A DNA stretch of 64,000 nt from assembly GCA_964016885.1 (NCBI GenBank), contig OZ024743.1, positions 88,040,001 to 88,104,000 of the forward strand, in the 5' to 3' direction. Every line of letters starts with the position of its first letter. The first letter of the stretch is position 1. Positions 58,696 to 64,000 of this stretch are shown here, one piece after another. The notes under the pieces are model-generated. The model ran no database searches. It had not been told where the DNA came from and saw only the letters and a list, made by a program, of their open reading frames with translations. A program made the position numbers and the translations under genes. This stretch comes from Eledone cirrhosa. Lineage: Eukaryota.

Positions 58696-60024
58696 CTATG
58701 TTGGGTCAAATATTCTATTGGCGAAGGAATTAGCCCTTCGATGTTGACAGCTAATAGTTACCTCCGTTCTATCGTTAATCGGTAGAGGTCGTGATAGAGT
58801 TAAGTAATATGCTTCGGTAATACAAGATTTTCTTCGTCCATTGAACGGTTGGGCCCTAGCTAAAATATCCCATGTTAGTGAGTGTTCAATGTTGGTTAAT
58901 TTAAGGTTTTTAATTAGCCTAGCTAGAGATGTCGAACATCTGTTGTTAGGGTCTCGGAAGGAAAAAGAGTGCGCGTTATAGCGTACCTTAAAAGGGTTAG
59001 AGGTAGACCCGATATAGGAGTTGGTATTCGAAGCAGTTTTAACCGTGCACCTATAGACTATGTTGGGTGTCAGGCAGTGTCCATTTAGTGGGCATGCATT
59101 AGGGTAACGGCAGTTGCAGTTGCTTCTGTGGTTAGTGAGAGTAGGGTAGTTTAACCTAAGCGGTTGGTCAGTGTTAGAAGGATTAGATGGGGGAGGTGTG
59201 CTACTCGAGTAAGTATCGGTGTAGTGGCGTGGTGTATTTGATAGGGGTGGTGGTACCGCGGTGTGGGAGTTATACTGTCTTAGTTTATGATAGTTACTGA
59301 ATGCGATGTGGCTAGCTAGGTTAGGTGTTGTGGAGAATGAGATTTTAATGTTATTTTTATAAAAGAGTTTGTAATATCCATGGTTGGGGGGGAAATGTTT
59401 AGATAGAGAAGAAGCGTTTAGGGATATTAGTGGCTAGATTAGATGAGAATGGGGGGTTAAGCCAGGTGATATTTCTAGGCCTATTCCTTCTAGAGGTTCT
59501 AGTGGAGTTGGTAGGAGCCTTCCTAGGGTTATTATTACCTGCGGATTTGTTATTTGTCATCCCATTTCTCATTCCTATTCTAGGATTGATTTTTAGTTTG
59601 CTACTTGGAGTGGGGAGCAGGCCGCTGCCACCATTAAAGTTCCCTGTATAGGTGCTGTAACTGCTAAAATTCCGGCGAATCTGGTTATATGCTAAGGTAT
59701 TTCTAGTTCTAGTGTTAAGTTTATTATGGTGAATTGCTGTGTTATGGCATTTAGGTATGTAATAAATGGATTGTTCATAACCAGATTCAGAAAGAGCCTT
59801 ATTATAATATTGTGCATGGTTTATAAATGTCTCCTCATTTGCTGATAGCATGGAGATCCTATACGAGATAGATTTGATTACTACTCTGATGACTGCCGGT
59901 GGGTGGTTAGAGTGTGGGCTAATATATGTTAGTATTTCACCTGGTTTATGGTAAGGGTAATATAGGTTATTGTTGAGATCCAAGGTGACGTCTAGGAACT
60001 TTACTACTTTATGGTTCGGCTCGA
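58696..60024 (-). pseudogene. 5'-truncated Penelope-like element ORF (RT C-terminus + GIY-YIG)
   Basis: Reads [26 protein letters not shown], frameshifts near 59400, then KHFPPNH..CNCRYPNACPLNGHC..IVYRC..YIGSTS..R..H..CQHR to a stop at 58696. Colinear with the 772-aa ORF but divergent; the CxxC motif has a short deletion. Confidence 0.92.
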
Positions 60025-60351
<327 letters not shown>

Positions 60352-60647
60352 TATTTTCCGTTGTGTTGTAATATAAATATTATACACAGTAGATTATCAG
60401 CTCACGTAGAGTTTGCTCGACGGTTCCAGTTGTAGTTCCAAAAGTAATCCGGAGAAAAATAGAAAGATTTGAATGGATACAGTTTAGTTGAAAGGAATTT
60501 ATTGACACGTGTTTCTATAATCTAATTAATCACTGCCACCAAGAATTCTCACTGCTATCGAAAAACCACTCCTTCAACTATTCTTCTAACAACTTCACCC
60601 CTTCCTCCTAATATTCTCTATAAAAACTAAATAGGTCCTCAGTAATA

Positions 60648-60764
60648 TTATTCTGATGAAATGACAGTAAATAATAACATTGAAATATTGAATGTCTGCA
60701 TAACTAAAAGTTTGTAGATAGCTGTTTTAGGTTATGTAACTGTTATAGAAACACGTGTCAATAA
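60648..60764 (+). ncRNA. Hammerhead ribozyme motif with long branched stem II
   Basis: ttatt-CTGATGA-a-atgacagt..actgttat-a-GAAA-cacgtg-TC-aataa; 88-nt stem II region with two internal hairpins; palindromic stem III. Confidence 0.78.
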
Positions 60765-60968
60765 ATTCCTTTCAACTAAACTGTATCCATTCAAATCTTT
60801 CTATTTTTCTCCGGATTACTTTTGGAACTACAACTGGAACCGTCGAGCAAACTCTACGTGAGCTGATAATCTACTGTGTATAATATTTATATTACAACAC
60901 AACGGAAAATACTGTATATTTACCTCCTGTAAAGTCGAGCAACCCACACAGCAAACGCAACCACAACA

Positions 60969-63287
60969 ATGGAAAAACACTACCTGGATATGTCACTCAA
61001 AAACATACCAACCCAAAGTAGAAAGGAATATTTATTGAGCATGATTCAAAAAACTAATGAATTCATTCGACGTGTCAGGTGGAAAACGCTCCACTATGAT
61101 AGAAGCCGTATGAACTCAACATTAGAAAGTGGTGTAAACAACAAATTCGGTTTTAGGACTTGTAAAAACCCACCCACCAACCCACTATTAGATGCATTTG
61201 AGCAGGACCTTATGAACTTAATCCTTAAAATTAAATTCAAAGGACGCAACACCAACAGCAAATTACAGAACGATATAAAAAAACTACTGGACGACCTTAA
61301 AAACACCAAAGGAATTGTAGTAAAAGCGGACAAAACATCAAACCTGTACACTATGGATTGCACTACATACAACAACTTCATTCGAAAAGAACATAAAAAA
61401 TATAGAAAAACGAGTGAAGTAACCCTTAAGCACATCAATGATGAGGCATGCGAAATAGTGAAAAATCTCGGAATCGAAGATAGGACAGGACCACTCTTAC
61501 CGGCGGTACCCACTTTCAATCTTAAGGACCACAAGGTAAACTTTGATAATGACCCTAAAATTAGATTAATCTGCCCCTCTAAATCAGATATAGGTAAAAT
61601 AAGCAAATATATCTTAGATAGAATCATCCCCCAAATTAAGGCTAAGGTTAACATTAAACTCTGGGGGAAGACCCAAGAAGCAATAAGATGGTTTAATAGC
61701 ATTAGCAATAAGAATAAATCTAAGTTTATCCAGTTTGATATCGATGAATATTACTCATCGATATCACCTGAAACTTTGAATAGAGCCATTAAGTTTGCTA
61801 AGGATAACTCCGACCTTACAAACGATGAAATTAAGATTATATTAGAAGCTAGGAAAACTATAGTCAAATTTGAGAACAGTTATTGGGTACGTAAAGATAG
61901 ACCCTCTAACTTTGACATAACAATGGGCTCTAACGATTCGGCGGAAATAACTGATATTGTGGGGTTATTTATCGCCTTTAGACTCCAGGAAAAATTCAGC
62001 AATCTCCACGGCGGAATATACCGCGACGATGTTCTCCTCCTAGCTAAAAACCTTAATAACCAAAAACTAGAAAAACTACGCAAAGATATAAGAAAACTAC
62101 TACTCGAAATAGGACTAACTATAACATATGAATACAACCTTAAAGTAGTTAACTTCCTGGATGTCACACTCAATTTAAACTCTGGTTTGATTAAACCGTT
62201 TCATAAATTGAATGAAAATCTCAAATACGTAAATGTTGGGTCTAACCACCCCATCTCTATAATTAAATCTATCCCTAAAAATATTTCCCTTAGAATCTCG
62301 GGTCTATCTTCTAACATACAAGTATTTAAGGAACACGCCGAGTACTACGATAACGCCCTTAGTAAAGCAGGCTACCTCAACAAAATAGAGTACATAGATG
62401 GGAACAATCAAAACACCCAAAATAAATCCCACATAGGTAGATATAATAACACAACACCAAACCACACTTACTACCATAGTATGCACACCAGTAAACCAAC
62501 AAACAAAACTAATAGAAAGCGATGCAAAGAGTACTTATGGTATAACCCCGAATACAATAGCTCCATTAGTACAAATTTACCAGTACTCTTCTTTAAAATA
62601 ATTAAAAGACATTTTCCCACATCACACAAATACCACAAAATCCTAAACCCTACCACTATAAGACTGTCATACTCTACAGCGTTAAACCTTGAACAACACA
62701 TAAAAAAGATCAATACTAGAAGGTTAAACGAAAACACTAAGAACTTAAGTACAAAGAACCCCAAAAAAACAGTAGACAATACACTACAGAACATAAATAA
62801 ACCACACCTAAGTTCGTCCGCAATACTACTCCAGAGAAAACCCAACGTACACAACTGTAACTGCACCTATCCTGACAACTGCCCCCTCGGCAATAACTGC
62901 CTGGAAAAAAATATTATTTATAAGTGTACCATTAAATCCGGAGGCAACGAGTGGTATTACGTGGGATCAACGGCAACATCGTTTAAATCTCGATTGTATA
63001 GGCATTCTTACTCAATAAAACACCAGAGCCAAAGAAATGTAACAACTTTAGCAGAGAAAGCTTGGACGCTCAGGGATAGCAATCAAAAGTTTACCCTAAA
63101 ATGGGAAAAATTAGCTAAAACCCAAAGCTTTTCCAGGAGCCAAAATTTCTGCAAATTGTGTAATCTTGAGATTTATTACATAATCACACACAAGAAGAAA
63201 CTGCTGAATAACAGAATTGAACGAACATTATTCTGCCGTCACAGAACTAAAACCCTTTTTTCCCACTACAAGCCGAATATTACATAA
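60969..63287 (+). CDS. Penelope-like element polyprotein: reverse transcriptase + C-terminal GIY-YIG endonuclease (Naiad-like)
   Basis: Uninterrupted 772-aa ORF. RT motifs KADKT, LKDHK, RLICP, QFDIDEYYSSI, ITMGS, YRDD, FLDVTL, SNHP; linker CNC-x5-CPLGNNC; endonuclease IIY-x11-YVG...R...H, CKLC-x2-E, LLN, CRH. Subclade is inferred from the N-terminal SLKNIP and the Cys linker. Confidence 0.95.
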   Translation: MEKHYLDMSLKNIPTQSRKEYLLSMIQKTNEFIRRVRWKTLHYDRSRMNSTLESGVNNKFGFRTCKNPPTNPLLDAFEQDLMNLILKIKFKGRNTNSKLQNDIKKLLDDLKNTKGIVVKADKTSNLYTMDCTTYNNFIRKEHKKYRKTSEVTLKHINDEACEIVKNLGIEDRTGPLLPAVPTFNLKDHKVNFDNDPKIRLICPSKSDIGKISKYILDRIIPQIKAKVNIKLWGKTQEAIRWFNSISNKNKSKFIQFDIDEYYSSISPETLNRAIKFAKDNSDLTNDEIKIILEARKTIVKFENSYWVRKDRPSNFDITMGSNDSAEITDIVGLFIAFRLQEKFSNLHGGIYRDDVLLLAKNLNNQKLEKLRKDIRKLLLEIGLTITYEYNLKVVNFLDVTLNLNSGLIKPFHKLNENLKYVNVGSNHPISIIKSIPKNISLRISGLSSNIQVFKEHAEYYDNALSKAGYLNKIEYIDGNNQNTQNKSHIGRYNNTTPNHTYYHSMHTSKPTNKTNRKRCKEYLWYNPEYNSSISTNLPVLFFKIIKRHFPTSHKYHKILNPTTIRLSYSTALNLEQHIKKINTRRLNENTKNLSTKNPKKTVDNTLQNINKPHLSSSAILLQRKPNVHNCNCTYPDNCPLGNNCLEKNIIYKCTIKSGGNEWYYVGSTATSFKSRLYRHSYSIKHQSQRNVTTLAEKAWTLRDSNQKFTLKWEKLAKTQSFSRSQNFCKLCNLEIYYIITHKKKLLNNRIERTLFCRHRTKTLFSHYKPNIT

Positions 63288-63399
63288 AAGAGGGACATCC
63301 CCCAACTATATAAACCTTAATCTAGTTAGAAAAATATAAAAACAATCTCTTTTCAACATATATTAATAACCTTAAATTACCATACTAATAATGAAAAGA

Positions 63400-63457
63400 T
63401 ATGCTGATGAGAATAGGTACAAATATGCGATAATGAATGTGTCTAAAAACGTCCATA
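63400..63457 (+). ncRNA. Degenerate hammerhead motif in PLE 3' UTR
   Basis: tatg-CTGATGA..taggtaca/tgtgtcta-AAAA-cg-TC-cata; GAAA is altered. Confidence 0.45.
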
Positions 63458-63539
63458 AGTATGTATATATATGTGAAAATGTATATAAATAAGTAAATAT
63501 ATATATATGTTTGAAAGTGTATTCATGTATTAAAGTGCT

Positions 63540-63572
<33 letters not shown>

Positions 63573-63591
63573 ATATATGTGTGTATATATG

Positions 63592-63634
<43 letters not shown>

Positions 63635-64000
63635 GTGTATGTATATATGTATATATATATGTGTATGTATGTATGTGTATATGGATGTGTATGTATGTGT
63701 ATGTGTGTACACATGGACTAGAGTATGTATGTATATATGTGTGTGTCTATACGTGTGTATATATAAAGATAAGTTGAGTATGAAAATGTATACACATGAG
63801 CGCGTATGTATGTACATGAATACATGTGTGTATATATATGTGTATGCATGTGTATATATATGTAAGTATGAATATGTGAATTGTGAGTATATGTATTTTG
63901 TAGAGGTGTGCAAATATATTTATGTGTGAATGCGTGGGTGAAAGAATACGTACACTTGAAAGAAAAATTGAAGTCTGAATGTTAAGTGCAAACACAAAAC

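Noticed and set aside
61094-62866. Antisense ORFs inside the PLE
   Set aside because: Shadow frames of the real ORF.
60969-63460. Selenocysteine recoding or SECIS, as reported for some Naiad PLEs
   Set aside because: No in-frame TGA in the ORF; Cys positions use Cys codons.

Overview
Repeat-dominated eukaryotic DNA; the SINE and microsatellite content looks cephalopod (octopus-like, an inference). No host gene can be supported, and almost all listed ORFs are microsatellite artefacts. The one convincing intact gene is a 772-aa Penelope-like retroelement (PLE) ORF with RT, Cys linker and GIY-YIG endonuclease (60969-63287, +). A second, 5'-truncated and frameshifted PLE faces away from it across a (TA)n tract. 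The main unexplained signal is a set of short (0.1-0.6 kb) non-coding elements embedded in (TA)n tracts. They belong to at least 8 sequence families, are mostly fold-back palindromes or inversions, and carry type I hammerhead ribozyme (HHR) motifs: about 30 found by eye, about 20 with a complete core. Some HHRs have a ~90-nt branched stem II and a recurrent CCGANGA core variant. Their junctions suggest two-ended priming on (TA)n. Also present: tRNA-derived SINEs, RTE and Tx1/L1-like LINE 3' ends, mariner-type MITEs, and 26-bp and 80-bp tandem arrays. All structures were folded by eye and coordinates may be off by a few bases.
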